Assembly: GCA_963827165.1 (NCBI GenBank)
Contig: CAWGZR010000011.1
Span: 64,001 to 128,000 of the forward strand
DNA length: 64,000 nucleotides
Source: Candidatus Bathyarchaeota archaeon
GTDB lineage: Archaea; Thermoproteota; Bathyarchaeia; Bathyarchaeales; Bathycorpusculaceae
Direction: 5' to 3'
Shown here: positions 38,538-48,731 of the stretch, one piece after another
How positions within the stretch are numbered: position 1 is the first letter of the stretch
Layout of the letters: each line of letters opens with the position of its first letter
Program-made: the position numbers and the translations under genes
The notes under the pieces: generated by a model
Databases searched by the model: none
What the model was told of the DNA's origin: nothing
Seen by the model: the letters and a program-made list of their open reading frames with translations, nothing else

Positions 38538-38816
38538 CCTGCAACCATTCCAAGCCCCATTCCAAAAAAGCAACCCAAAACACAAAGAAAATTTTTTCGC
38601 CCGTGTGAATAATTATATTTGCATCAAAAAACAACTAAAGATTTAAGGACTTATAATGTCAATGAGGCTTAAGTAAATCGGGAAAGGGGTATGGAAAAAC
38701 AAGATTGGCGACATGGAAGAATGATGTTTGGATTTACTGAAGATTTAAATGGTTGAGGCTGGCATTTTGGGTAAATAAGCATGTAAGGTGCTTCCTTACC
38801 AGTCAAGGCGAGTTAT

Positions 38817-39377
38817 ATGGCTGAGACAGCAGTTGTTAATCCTTCGGGTAAAGAGCCCATCAAAGCTTCTGAGATAGACCCCAAATTCAAGTATCAACTG
38901 CTAAAGATGCATGGAAGCGAGAAAATCCTCAAATGCTTCCAATGTGGAACCTGCACCTCAGACTGTCCCGTAGCAAGGTACAGTGACAGTTACCGCCCAA
39001 GAACACTTATCCACATGGCTCAACTTGGATTAAAAGACCGCGTTTTAAAAAGTGACACTTTATGGCTATGCGCAGCTTGCTTCACATGCACAGATCGATG
39101 CCCACAAGGCGTCGAAGTGGCAAGCGTAATCCGAGTTTTCCGCAATTTAGCCGTAGAAAACGGGTGCGTACCCCAAGTTTTCAAAGACCAAACCGCAAGC
39201 CTACTCGAATCAGGCTACGCCTACAAAATTCCAGATTTAAGGATTAAAAAACGCGAAGTCCAAGGGCTTCCACCTTTACCTAAAGGCAACCCAGAGAAAG
39301 TTAAGAAAGTCCTTAAAGACGTAAGGTTTATTGAATCCGTCCAGAAACCCGCAGGAGGACAAGCTGCTGGGCAGTAA
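38817..39377 (+). CDS. hdrC: Heterodisulfide reductase subunit C
   Basis: 'KCFQCGTCTSDCP' and 'LWLCAACFTCTDRCPQGV'. Confidence 0.92.
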   Translation: MAETAVVNPSGKEPIKASEIDPKFKYQLLKMHGSEKILKCFQCGTCTSDCPVARYSDSYRPRTLIHMAQLGLKDRVLKSDTLWLCAACFTCTDRCPQGVEVASVIRVFRNLAVENGCVPQVFKDQTASLLESGYAYKIPDLRIKKREVQGLPPLPKGNPEKVKKVLKDVRFIESVQKPAGGQAAGQ

Positions 39378-40260
39378 ATACCTCATTTTCCTTGGCTGCG
39401 CTATTCCCTACCGCGTTTCAGCATATGAGATTTCCGCACGCAAAGTCCTCGCTAAACTCGACGTTGAATTGGTCGAGATGCCCGAGTTCAACTGTTGCGG
39501 CTTGCCTTTTGATCCTGTTAGCCACGAAACCATGCTTATTCTGGCTGCCAAAAACTTGGCGTTGGCAGAACAGCAAGGCTTGAATGTTCTCACGCTTTGT
39601 CCAGGCTGCGCTGGGTCTCTGAAGAAAACTAACAAAATCCTAAAAGAAGACAAAGCGCTGAAAGAGAAAATTAACCGTCACCTCAAAGAAGCGGGGTTGG
39701 AGTTCAAGGGAACCGTTGAGGCAAAGCATCTTTTGCAGGTGCTCAAAGAAGATGTGGGTATTGAAAAAATCAAAGCCTCAGTCACCAGACCACTATGTAT
39801 GCTCAAGGTCGCCGAACATAATGGCTGCCACATTTTAAGACCTAAACAATATATTGGTTTTGACGACCCGGAAGACCCGCAGACTCTCAAAACGCTAATC
39901 GAAGCAACGGGAGCTACATGCCTCGACTACATTGACGAAACTGAATGCTGCGGAGCGCCCAGCGTAGGAGTCAGCGACAAAATTGCTCTTCAACTCGCAA
40001 GAGATAAGCTCAACCACGTTAAGATGGTTGATGCACAAGCTTTAATCACGATTTGCCCGTTTTGCCACATAATGTACGATACAAATGAGCTTCGAATAGA
40101 GAAAACATTTAATGAAACCTATGGAATTCCCATACTCCACTACCCACAACTACTCGGGTTAGCAATGGGCTTAACTCCTGAAGAATTGGCCTTCGGCGAA
40201 CTCAGAGTAAACGCATCAAAAATAATAAAGCAAGTAACTGAGGAAGTATGCAAACAATGA
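39364..40260 (+). CDS. hdrB: Heterodisulfide reductase subunit B
   Basis: Two CCG domains ('FLGC', 'FNCCG...CPGC', 'HNGCH', 'ECCG...CPFC'); likely CTG start (39364/39367) after GGAGG. Confidence 0.92.
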   Translation: MLGSKYLIFLGCAIPYRVSAYEISARKVLAKLDVELVEMPEFNCCGLPFDPVSHETMLILAAKNLALAEQQGLNVLTLCPGCAGSLKKTNKILKEDKALKEKINRHLKEAGLEFKGTVEAKHLLQVLKEDVGIEKIKASVTRPLCMLKVAEHNGCHILRPKQYIGFDDPEDPQTLKTLIEATGATCLDYIDETECCGAPSVGVSDKIALQLARDKLNHVKMVDAQALITICPFCHIMYDTNELRIEKTFNETYGIPILHYPQLLGLAMGLTPEELAFGELRVNASKIIKQVTEEVCKQ

Positions 40261-41246
40261 GTAAAAACAAGTTGAAAATAGCCTTTTACTGGGCTGCAAG
40301 TTGCGGCGGCTGCGAAATAGCAGTCTTAGATTTGAACGAGAAAATCCTAGATGTGGTAGCATTAGCCGACATAGTTTTTTGGCCAGTAGCCATAGACGTC
40401 AAATACAAAGACGTCGAAAACATGCCTGACAAAGCCATCGACATCACATTCTTCAACGGATCCATCCGGAACTCAGAACAAGAACACATGGCAAAAGTGC
40501 TGAGGCAAAAATCCAAAACCCTCGTTGCCTTCGGCTCCTGCGCTCATCAAGGAAGCGTACCCGGACTAGCAAACCTGAACGACAAAAACGAGATTTTCGA
40601 GCAAGTCTACGTTAAAGACAAATCAAACGTTAATCCGCAGCTAACCATGCCTAAAACCCAAACCCAAGTGAAGGAAGGCACCCTCAAAATCCCCGAGTTC
40701 TACGACACAGTAAAAACTTTGGCCCAAACAGTCGACGTCGACTATTACCTTCCAGGTTGCCCACCTCCAGTCAAACTAATCGCGAGCGCAGTTGACGCTA
40801 TCGCAAGCGGCAAGCTACCGCCAAAAGGCTCAGTACTCGCCCCACTCAAAGCAGTATGCGACGAATGCCCACGAAAACGCGAAAACAAGAAAATCGACAA
40901 AATCTACCGTGTCTACGAGAAAACTCCTGAACCCGAAAAATGCCTGCTTGAACAGGGCATTCTCTGTATGGGACTTGCTACCAGAAGCGGCTGCGGCGCA
41001 CAATGCTTGAAGGTTGACATGCCTTGCACAGGCTGCGGTGGACCAGCTCCGAATGTGCCTGAACAAGGTGCAGCGATGATTTCTGCTTTAGCTTCGATTC
41101 TAGGGTACGAAGGTGAACCGGGAAAAACTACATATACTGAAAAAGAGATTGAACAGTTGCTTAGCCAAGTGAAAGATACCGTTGGCACATTTTATATGTA
41201 CAGTTTACCAGCGTCGATCTTGAAGAGAAAGGTGATTAAGAAATGA
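40257..41246 (+). CDS. mvhG: MvhG-type [NiFe]-hydrogenase small subunit (group 3c-like)
   Basis: 'AASCGGCE', 'FGSCA', 'PGCPP', 'VCDECP', 'CLLEQGILCMGLATRSGCGAQC...PCTGC'; ATGA overlap with the hdrB stop. Confidence 0.9.
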   Translation: MSKNKLKIAFYWAASCGGCEIAVLDLNEKILDVVALADIVFWPVAIDVKYKDVENMPDKAIDITFFNGSIRNSEQEHMAKVLRQKSKTLVAFGSCAHQGSVPGLANLNDKNEIFEQVYVKDKSNVNPQLTMPKTQTQVKEGTLKIPEFYDTVKTLAQTVDVDYYLPGCPPPVKLIASAVDAIASGKLPPKGSVLAPLKAVCDECPRKRENKKIDKIYRVYEKTPEPEKCLLEQGILCMGLATRSGCGAQCLKVDMPCTGCGGPAPNVPEQGAAMISALASILGYEGEPGKTTYTEKEIEQLLSQVKDTVGTFYMYSLPASILKRKVIKK

Positions 41247-42698
41247 AAGAAATAATCATAGACCCGATAACTACGGCTTGAAGGACACGGAAACGTATCC
41301 ATATTCTTAAACGACAAAGGCGAAGTTGAAAACGCATACCTCAAAATCCCAGAGTTGAGAGGTTTCGAGAAATTCTGCATCGGCAGAAAAGCCGAGCTCA
41401 TGCCACAACTCACCACAAGAATCTGCGGTGTCTGCCCAGTTGCACATCACTTCGCAGCTACCAAAGCCCTGGACGCAGCTTTCCATGTTGAACCACCCGA
41501 ACCAGCAAAGAAACTTCGGGAACTCATGTACACCGCTTACTTCATCTACGACCACATCCTACACTTCTACTACCTCGGCGGACCAGACTTCATAGTTGGA
41601 CCAGACGCACCGCCAGAAAAACGCAACATTCTAGGAGTAATCGAAAAAGTCGGAATGCCCATCGCCAAAGAAGTCATAAAACACCGCGCTTACGGTCAAA
41701 AAATGACTGAGATCATTGGTGGTAAAGCCACTCACCCCGTCTGCGGCCTACCCGGAGGAATCAGCAAGCCTCTGAGCGAAGAAAACAGGAAAGAAATAGA
41801 GACAATGGCGGCTTCATGCGTAGATTTCGCGCAGTTCACACTAAAAATCTTTCATGACATCGTGTTGGGTAACACAAAATATGTTGAATTAATCAAAAGC
41901 CAAGCCTATACAATGCCAACCTACTATATGGGCACAGTAGACAATAACAACAAAGTCAACTTTTACGACGGCAAAATCCGCGTAGTTGACCCATCAGGAA
42001 AAGAATTCCTCAAATTCGACTCGCAAGACTACCTCAAACATATCGCTGAACACGTTGAAGAATGGACCTACAGCAAATTCCCGTACCTTAAAGCAGTCGG
42101 CTGGAAAGGACAAATCCCCGGCAAAGACAGCGGTGTCTACCGCGTTGGTCCACTGGGACGATTGAACGCTTCAAACGGCATGGCGACACCCTTGGCCCAG
42201 GCAGAATACGAAGTCATGTACAAGACCTTGGGCGGCAAACCAGTACACAGCACGTTGGCTTTCCATTGGGCACGTTTGATTGAGTTGCTCTACGCTACTG
42301 AACGAACCATGGAGCTCGTTAAGGACCCAGAAATCACCAGCACAAACGTCCGCAACAAGCCCGGAGAACCAGGCGAAGGAGTAGGCATCGTAGAAGCGGC
42401 GCGCGGCACATTGATCCACCACTACGTCTTAGACAAAGATGCGCTCGTTAAAGACGTAAACCTGATTGTTGCTACAACCAATAATTACCCAGCGATCTGC
42501 ATGAGCATTCGCGACGCGGCAAAAGGCTTAATCCACGAAGGCAAAGTCGACCAAGGCATACTGAACATGGTTGAAATGGCTTTCAGAGCATACGACCCGT
42601 GTTTCGGATGCGCAACACACGCTGCAGTCGGGCAAATGCCTCTAACTGTAGAAGTCTTCAACGCCGACAAACAGCTAATCGACTCTGTCAGCCGGTAA
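41243..42698 (+). pseudogene. mvhA: MvhA-type [NiFe]-hydrogenase large subunit with +1 frameshift at ~41273 (lesion or sequencing error)
   Basis: ATG 41243 gives MKEIIIDPIT, then extra A41273, then RLEGHG in the frame of the 41355 ORF. L1 'TRICGVCPVAH', L2 'AYDPCFGCATH'. Confidence 0.88.
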
Positions 42699-42808
42699 AC
42701 CAAACCCTATTTTTAAAGGGCAAAATTTTTTCTCTTTAGTTAAGCTAAATTCCACTAGACAAATCTTATAAGCGCTTGCTATCGAATAATCTTTTGGCTG
42801 GACGGAAA

Positions 42809-43282
42809 ATGAAGAGTCTTATAGTTTTTTATTCGCGAACGGGTAACGCGCGTTTCGTTGCTCAAACAATAGCTGCTCAAATAGGCGCTGACACCGAAGA
42901 AATCGTGGACCTAAAAAAGCGGGGTGGTGCACTTGGTTTCATAGGCAGCGGATCCGACGCTAGACGTGGCAAAGAAACTGAAATAGCCCCAACCCAGAGG
43001 TCACCAGCCGACTATGATCTTGTAATCGTGGGAACTCCAATATGGGCTGGAAGACCAACCCCTGCGATAACGTCTTACCTTAAGAAAAATGATCTTAGCG
43101 GAAAGAAGGTAGCGGTTTTTTATGTTCAGGGCGGAAAGAAACCTCAAGGCATGGAGCAAACTAAAGCGTTGATTCCCAATTCCACCTACCTGGGTGACCT
43201 GATGCTAATTGACGCCTTAAAACACAAAGCGGCCTCGGAAAAACAAATCATTGAATGGTGCAAAACCCTCACCTCCGCATAG
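42809..43282 (+). CDS. Flavodoxin family protein
   Basis: 'IVFYSRTGNA' FMN loop, 'YDLVIVGTPIWAG', 'LSGKKVAVF'. Confidence 0.88.
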   Translation: MKSLIVFYSRTGNARFVAQTIAAQIGADTEEIVDLKKRGGALGFIGSGSDARRGKETEIAPTQRSPADYDLVIVGTPIWAGRPTPAITSYLKKNDLSGKKVAVFYVQGGKKPQGMEQTKALIPNSTYLGDLMLIDALKHKAASEKQIIEWCKTLTSA

Positions 43283-43375
43283 GCAGTGTCCACAGGCCTT
43301 TGTGCAGCTTACCCCTTACCTTTGAGGGTAAACCCTTATGTGCATTCTCGAACTTCTCTTTTGATTTGATTTGGA

Positions 43376-43729
43376 ATGCAACCTCAGCCTCCTAACCCGG
43401 AACATAAACGGATGAAGCGTGAAAAGAAAACCATAGGATACATGGTTGAGATCTACTGCAAAAACCATCATGGAACCGACGGCGGACTCTGCCCCGAATG
43501 CGGACAATTCGAAGAATATGCTTTTCTGCGGCTTGACAAATGTCCGTTTCAAGACAAAAAAAGCACTTGCGGCAAATGCCTAATCCATTGTTATCGACCC
43601 GACATGAAAGAAAAAGTCAAGCAAGTCATGCGGTATTCAGGACCACGAATGCTCCTTCATCACCCCACTCTAGCGCTACATCATGTATGGGACAGCCACC
43701 GAAAACCGCCAAAACTGGCAAAAAAGTAA
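43376..43729 (+). CDS. YgbA-like (nitrous oxide-stimulated promoter family) Cys-rich protein
   Basis: 'REKKTI..MVEIYC..HH', 'LCPEC', 'RLDKCPF', 'CGKCLIHCY', 'VMRYSGPRML'. Confidence 0.85.
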   Translation: MQPQPPNPEHKRMKREKKTIGYMVEIYCKNHHGTDGGLCPECGQFEEYAFLRLDKCPFQDKKSTCGKCLIHCYRPDMKEKVKQVMRYSGPRMLLHHPTLALHHVWDSHRKPPKLAKK

Positions 43730-43788
43730 ACTAGCGCTATCGGCAAGCTTTTTCAAGCTACAAGTTTATTCCTTTGGCAGGTGCCTAA

Positions 43789-44273
43789 GTGGGTTCATTT
43801 ATTGAAAAAGACCTTAAAACCTGGTTGGTTAATGCCGAGAAAATCGTTTTGGCCGGAGTAGGTAACCCTATTCGATCAGACGATTACGTTGGGTTAAAAC
43901 TCGTTGAAGACCTCAAAGGCAAGCTGCCTCCCAAGGTTCTTCTTATTGAGGCTGAGACCGTTCCCGAAAGCTACCTCTCCGACATAGAAGCGTTCCACCC
44001 CTCGCACGTTCTGCTGATTGACGCTGCTTTTTTGGGGTTAAAGCCGGGGACGCTAGTCTCGTGGATGCGGAAAGAATCGTGGAAACCTCGGCAGTAACAA
44101 CACACCTATTGCCTCTGAGGGTTTTCTGCGAGTTCGTTAAGCAGTCGACTGGCGCTAAAATTGGTTTGCTCCTGGTTGAGCCGATGAGCATGGAGTTCAG
44201 TGAAGGTTTGACCGCTCCTGTTCAAGCCACGGTGGAACGATTGATAAAAGTTTTGCTTATGGTGCTGGGTTAG
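43789..44273 (+). pseudogene. HycI-like hydrogenase maturation endopeptidase with -1 frameshift in a G4 run (44046-44049)
   Basis: 'GVGNPIRSDDYVG', 'IDAA..GLKPG'; the other frame continues 'DASLVD...TTHLLPL'. Adding one G joins the frames. Confidence 0.85.
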
Positions 44274-44739
44274 TTTCTTTTCTTTTGAAAACGTAGTCTA
44301 TTGTGAATCTTTCTTTTCCCAGTGAATAATTGGTTTCTTTGAGTTCGATCTGGTCTTTTGTAACCCACTTTGCGATTATGTACTCTTCTAATTCTTGGTC
44401 CTCGAAGGTGCCTCTCCACTTGAGTTCAAGGGTTTTGTCATCCTTCCAGTTGCCGATATGGTCATGTGCTTCGCCCTCAGAAGTCATGCCGAAAAGATGT
44501 ACTTTCTGAGTGAGTTGATCAAAACTCCACAGGTCATTCTCATAGAAGTCATCGTAGCCTTCGATGTGAGTATCTATTTCAGAGTTTACTCCCACAGGAG
44601 GAATTTCCACAGCGGTCATTTCGCCGCAGCCGCTTACAATTTTGCCGTCAGCTGTCCGCAATGCTATGCCTACGCTCCATTCTCCGATGAGTTGCCTGAT
44701 CAACTCGAGCTCTTTGGGGGTTTGAACGCTTTCCGTCAT
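44257..44739 (-). CDS. Hypothetical beta-barrel protein (DUF1579-like)
   Basis: 'LIGEWS' start and acidic beta-rich composition; ATG at 44739. Confidence 0.55.
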   Translation of the reverse strand: MTESVQTPKELELIRQLIGEWSVGIALRTADGKIVSGCGEMTAVEIPPVGVNSEIDTHIEGYDDFYENDLWSFDQLTQKVHLFGMTSEGEAHDHIGNWKDDKTLELKWRGTFEDQELEEYIIAKWVTKDQIELKETNYSLGKERFTIDYVFKRKETNPAP

Positions 44740-44868
44740 AAAACCAAAACCAACAATCAAAAGCAGTCGCTGAAACGTAATAAAGAGATGTGGTTGCTTC
44801 CCTACAACAACTCGATGCGAGTTACGTTAATTAGCAGGTTTCCAATTAGCTATAGAAAGGTATGTTTT

Positions 44869-45348
44869 ATGGCTGGAAAAGCAGTTATTGTAATGGGTTC
44901 AGAACGGGATCTGGATTTTTCCCGTGGAATAGCCAAATACCTCAAAATGCTGGGTGTGAGCTACGAGTTTCGAGTTGCGTCTGCACATAAGACCCCCGAG
45001 AAAGTTCTGGAGTTAATCAGGGAATTCGAAGCTGAAAAAGTCGTCTATGTAACAGTTGCAGGACGCTCAAACGCCCTCAGCGGCTTCATCGACGGAAACT
45101 CATCCAAACCCGTAATCGCGTGTCCACCCTACTCAGAAACCTTCAGCGGCGCAGACATTTTTTCTTCACTTAGAGTTCCAAGCGGAATAGGTTCCGTCGT
45201 CACAATCGAAGCTGAAGGAGCAGCAATTGCAGCAGCAAAAATTCTTGGCTTAGAAGACAGCGTTGTAGCTGAAAACGTCAAGCAATATCAGGGATCAAAG
45301 AAGAAAGAACTCGAGAAAGCCAACGAATCAGTGAAAAAACTTAAATAA
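44869..45348 (+). CDS. purE: AIR carboxylase / N5-CAIR mutase
   Basis: 'VMGSERD', 'VASAHKTPE', 'VAGRSNALSG', 'PVIACPP'; real start at ATG 44869. Confidence 0.95.
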   Translation: MAGKAVIVMGSERDLDFSRGIAKYLKMLGVSYEFRVASAHKTPEKVLELIREFEAEKVVYVTVAGRSNALSGFIDGNSSKPVIACPPYSETFSGADIFSSLRVPSGIGSVVTIEAEGAAIAAAKILGLEDSVVAENVKQYQGSKKKELEKANESVKKLK

Positions 45349-45476
45349 ACAAGCCCTTTCCTTTTCCCGTTGGATTTTAACCTTATTTCTTGCCCTTCTT
45401 TTTGTTAGTTAACGGTAAGGTTAAATGAGATAGCGATAAACGGATACTGTAACAGAATCAGAATAGCCGAGGGACA

Positions 45477-46550
45477 TTGGGATTGGGAAGCGTGAAAGAC
45501 CTAGAACTAATAAAGAAACCAACAGCCGAGGCGATGGGAGTTGGCAGATTCCACTTTTCAGACCGTTACAGCGTCTTTGATTGGGGGGAAATGCCTGATC
45601 AAATAGGCGGCAAAGGCGCCGCGCTCTGCCTCATGGGCGCGCTCTGCTTTGAACAACTGGAGCGCAAAGGCGTGAAATCCCATTATCGGGGTTTAGTCGG
45701 CTTTAATGGCAATGGCAAAGCCGTAAGAATTAAAGAGATTAAACAACCTTCAAACGTCATGGAAGTCAGTTTAGTTAACGTTTACAAACCTAGAACAAGC
45801 GTTGCCGGCGGCAGACTAATGCATGACTACAGCATGTACACGCCTGAGTTGAAGAACTGCCTGATCCCGCTGGAAATCATCTACAGAAATGGTCTGCCCG
45901 AAGGTTCATCTGTTTTCAAAAGGCTTGAAGAGGGAAAAATCAAACTTTCTGATTTAGGCTTAGACCATTCTCCCACGTCCGGCGAGCAATTTGCTAAACC
46001 CATTTTCGATGTTAGCACCAAACTCGAGGAGACGGATCGCTACTTGACTTGGCAAGAAGCGCAAAAAATTGCGGGTTTGACCGACTTGGAACTTGAGAAA
46101 ATCCAGGCGATTCTACTCAAAGTGGATGAAACAATAACTGAAATCGCCTTGAAGGCTGGATTGAAAAATGAGGATGGAAAAATTGAGTTAGCCTTCGACG
46201 AAAACAGAGAATTGATGGTTATCGACGTTGTTGGGACGCTTGATGAGTGCCGATTTACCTATGAAGGTGTGCATGTAAGCAAGGAGGTTGCAAGGCAGTT
46301 TTACAAGAAGACACGTTGGTACACGGATTTGGAGCAGGCAAAGAAGGAGGCGGAAGCCAAAGGTATACTAGATTGGCAGTCACTTTGCAAGTCGAAGCCG
46401 CCTAAGCTGGAGCCTAAACTTAAGACCCTGATCAGCGAAATGTATATGGCTGCTGCTAACGAGATGACGGGGCATAAACTGTTTAACGCGCCCCTGCTTT
46501 CCCAAGTTATAGCCGAATACAAAGAGTCAATGAAGGGACAAAAATGTTAA
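45477..46550 (+). CDS. purC: SAICAR synthetase (long archaeal type)
   Basis: 'GSVKD', 'FSDRYSVFDWG', 'STKLE', 'DGKIE', 'DVVGTLDECRF', 'SKEVARQ'. Confidence 0.93.
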   Translation: MGLGSVKDLELIKKPTAEAMGVGRFHFSDRYSVFDWGEMPDQIGGKGAALCLMGALCFEQLERKGVKSHYRGLVGFNGNGKAVRIKEIKQPSNVMEVSLVNVYKPRTSVAGGRLMHDYSMYTPELKNCLIPLEIIYRNGLPEGSSVFKRLEEGKIKLSDLGLDHSPTSGEQFAKPIFDVSTKLEETDRYLTWQEAQKIAGLTDLELEKIQAILLKVDETITEIALKAGLKNEDGKIELAFDENRELMVIDVVGTLDECRFTYEGVHVSKEVARQFYKKTRWYTDLEQAKKEAEAKGILDWQSLCKSKPPKLEPKLKTLISEMYMAAANEMTGHKLFNAPLLSQVIAEYKESMKGQKC

Positions 46551-47641
46551 GCGACAGCATCAAGCAAATAATAAAGAAATATGATTCTAACATGATTCGC
46601 ATAGGCGTTTTGGGTTCACATTCCGCGCTAGAGATTGCTTCAGGTGCAAAACAGGAAGGCTATGAAACAGTTGTAGTCTGCCAAAAAGGAAGAGAAAAAA
46701 CCTACACCAAGTATTACCGAAACCTGTTCGACCACGTCATTATGCTTGATAAATTCTCGCAAATAACCAATGAAGCAACGGTGAAGCGACTCACTGACTT
46801 GAACACCGTTTTTGTTCCCAACCGTTCCTTCTCCGTGTATGCTGGCTACGATGACATTGAGAAAAAGTTTGCCGTGCCACTGATGGGAAACCGTTCGATG
46901 CTGCGAACAGAAGAACGCAACACACCGAGAAACCAGCTTTACCTTCTGCAAAAGGCTGGGATAGCGACGCCGAAGACGTTCGAGACAGCGGAAGAAATTG
47001 ACCGCTTAGTAATTGTGAAAGTTCCAGAAAAAAAACGTGCAATTGAACGCGCCTTTTTCTTTGCGTCTTCTCCTGAAGAATATGTTAAAACCTCTCAAAA
47101 ACGAATAATGCAAGGAATAATAACTTGTGACGCGTTGGAAAAAGCGATTATAGAAGAATATGTCATAGGGGCTAAATTTAACGCTAATCTGTTTTGGTCG
47201 TCATTAACCGACGAAATCGACCTATTGGGTTTTGACAGGCGAATCCAAACAGACCTCGACGGAGTGCTGGATCTGCCCGCGTTGGAACAGCTAGAGTTAG
47301 GCATCCCCACTCAGAACATCGAAATCGGCCACATGGGCGCCACCATGCGGGAAAGTCAAATAGAAAAAATCTTTGAAGCCGCAGAAAAGTTCGTGGATAC
47401 CTGCAAGAAAGAATATCCGCCAGGCATGATCGGTTTGTTCGCTTTGCAGGGCGCCGTGACCAAGGATTTGGAATTCTTTGTTTTCGACGTTAGCCCCCGT
47501 GTTCCCGGATGCCCCTGCGTGGAGCCAACTTCGCCTTACATGAAATACAAATATGGAATGGAAGTCGGCCCCGGTAGACGCGTCGCCATGGAAGTTAAGC
47601 GGGCAATCAAGGAAGGAAGGCTTGCGGAAGTGGTTACGTGA
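46544..47641 (+). CDS. PurP-like ATP-grasp protein (FAICAR synthetase paralogue)
   Basis: 'LGSHSALEI..GAK.EG', 'FVPNRSF', 'GLFALQG', 'FDVSPRVPG', 'GRRVAME'. Confidence 0.88.
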   Translation: MLSDSIKQIIKKYDSNMIRIGVLGSHSALEIASGAKQEGYETVVVCQKGREKTYTKYYRNLFDHVIMLDKFSQITNEATVKRLTDLNTVFVPNRSFSVYAGYDDIEKKFAVPLMGNRSMLRTEERNTPRNQLYLLQKAGIATPKTFETAEEIDRLVIVKVPEKKRAIERAFFFASSPEEYVKTSQKRIMQGIITCDALEKAIIEEYVIGAKFNANLFWSSLTDEIDLLGFDRRIQTDLDGVLDLPALEQLELGIPTQNIEIGHMGATMRESQIEKIFEAAEKFVDTCKKEYPPGMIGLFALQGAVTKDLEFFVFDVSPRVPGCPCVEPTSPYMKYKYGMEVGPGRRVAMEVKRAIKEGRLAEVVT

Positions 47642-48723
47642 TAACAGAGGCGGACATTGGCAAAATCCTCGAAAAATACGATGAGAAAAAACTATCAATC
47701 GGCACTTTAGGTTCTCACAGTTCACTTAACATTTTCAAGGGCGCCAAAGAAGAAGGCTTCCGCACGGTCTGCGTCTGCAAAGAAAAAGACGCAATAATGT
47801 ACCGGAAGTACCCGCTCGTAGACGACCTGATCATAGTGAAAGACTTCACGGAACTCTTGAGCGAAAAGTTGCAAGAGAAACTTCGCAGCTTAAACGTCAT
47901 CTTGATTCCACACGGCTCCTTCACCGCTTACCTTAGCACTGAAGAGTTAACCGACAGCCTCTTCGTGCCCATGTTCGGAAACCGCCAGCTACTCCAATGG
48001 GAAGCAAACCGCAAATCCCAAGAAGAATGGCTACGACAGGCAGGGCTCCTGTTGCCGGCAACATTCAAAACGCCAGAGGACATCGACCGTTTGATCATCG
48101 CCAAACTGCCCGGCGCCAAAGGCGGAAGAGGATACTTCTTGGCGAATTCGCCGAAAGCCTTCCACAAAAAATTCAGCGAACTCGTAAAACGCGGCTTGCT
48201 CAAAAACGAGGATTTGCCTCTGATTCATTTGCAGGAGTACGCTCTTGGAGTCAACGTTTACCCAAGCTATTTTAGCTCCATTATAAATGATGACGTTGAA
48301 CTGCTTGCTATGGACAGACGTTATGAATCAGCGGTGGACTCTATTGGCAAAATCCCCGCAGCCGAACAACTCGAGATCGACGTTAACCCAACCTACACCG
48401 TTGTCGGCAACTTCCCGATTGTGCTTCGAGAATCTTTGCTTCCTGAAATCATGCGAATGGGAGACAACGTGCATAAAAAAGCCAAAGAGCTTGCACCGCC
48501 TGGAATCATAGGACCCTTCTGCTTGGAAACCGTTATAACCGATGACCTCAAAATCTTAACGTTCGAAATCTCCGCACGTATAGTTGCGGGAACAAACGTT
48601 GGCATCGGCACTTCACCCTACGCTTACCTCAAATACGGAGAAAACATGTACATGGGCAGACGCATCGCCAAGGAAATAAAAGAGGCATTAAAAAAGAATA
48701 GGCTGCAAGAAATCTCAGCTTAA
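47638..48723 (+). CDS. purP: FAICAR synthetase (formate-dependent AICAR formyltransferase)
   Basis: 'GSHSSL', 'IPHGSF', 'GAKGGRGYF', 'DRRYES', 'GPFCLET', 'FEISARIVAGTN', 'GRRIA'. Confidence 0.92.
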   Translation: MITEADIGKILEKYDEKKLSIGTLGSHSSLNIFKGAKEEGFRTVCVCKEKDAIMYRKYPLVDDLIIVKDFTELLSEKLQEKLRSLNVILIPHGSFTAYLSTEELTDSLFVPMFGNRQLLQWEANRKSQEEWLRQAGLLLPATFKTPEDIDRLIIAKLPGAKGGRGYFLANSPKAFHKKFSELVKRGLLKNEDLPLIHLQEYALGVNVYPSYFSSIINDDVELLAMDRRYESAVDSIGKIPAAEQLEIDVNPTYTVVGNFPIVLRESLLPEIMRMGDNVHKKAKELAPPGIIGPFCLETVITDDLKILTFEISARIVAGTNVGIGTSPYAYLKYGENMYMGRRIAKEIKEALKKNRLQEISA

Positions 48724-48731
48724 AACATTGG

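Noticed and set aside
44395-44868. 158-aa N-terminal extension on PurE in the ORF track
   Set aside because: Antisense shadow of the 44257-44739 gene; PurE homology and an RBS-like AAGG begin at ATG 44869.
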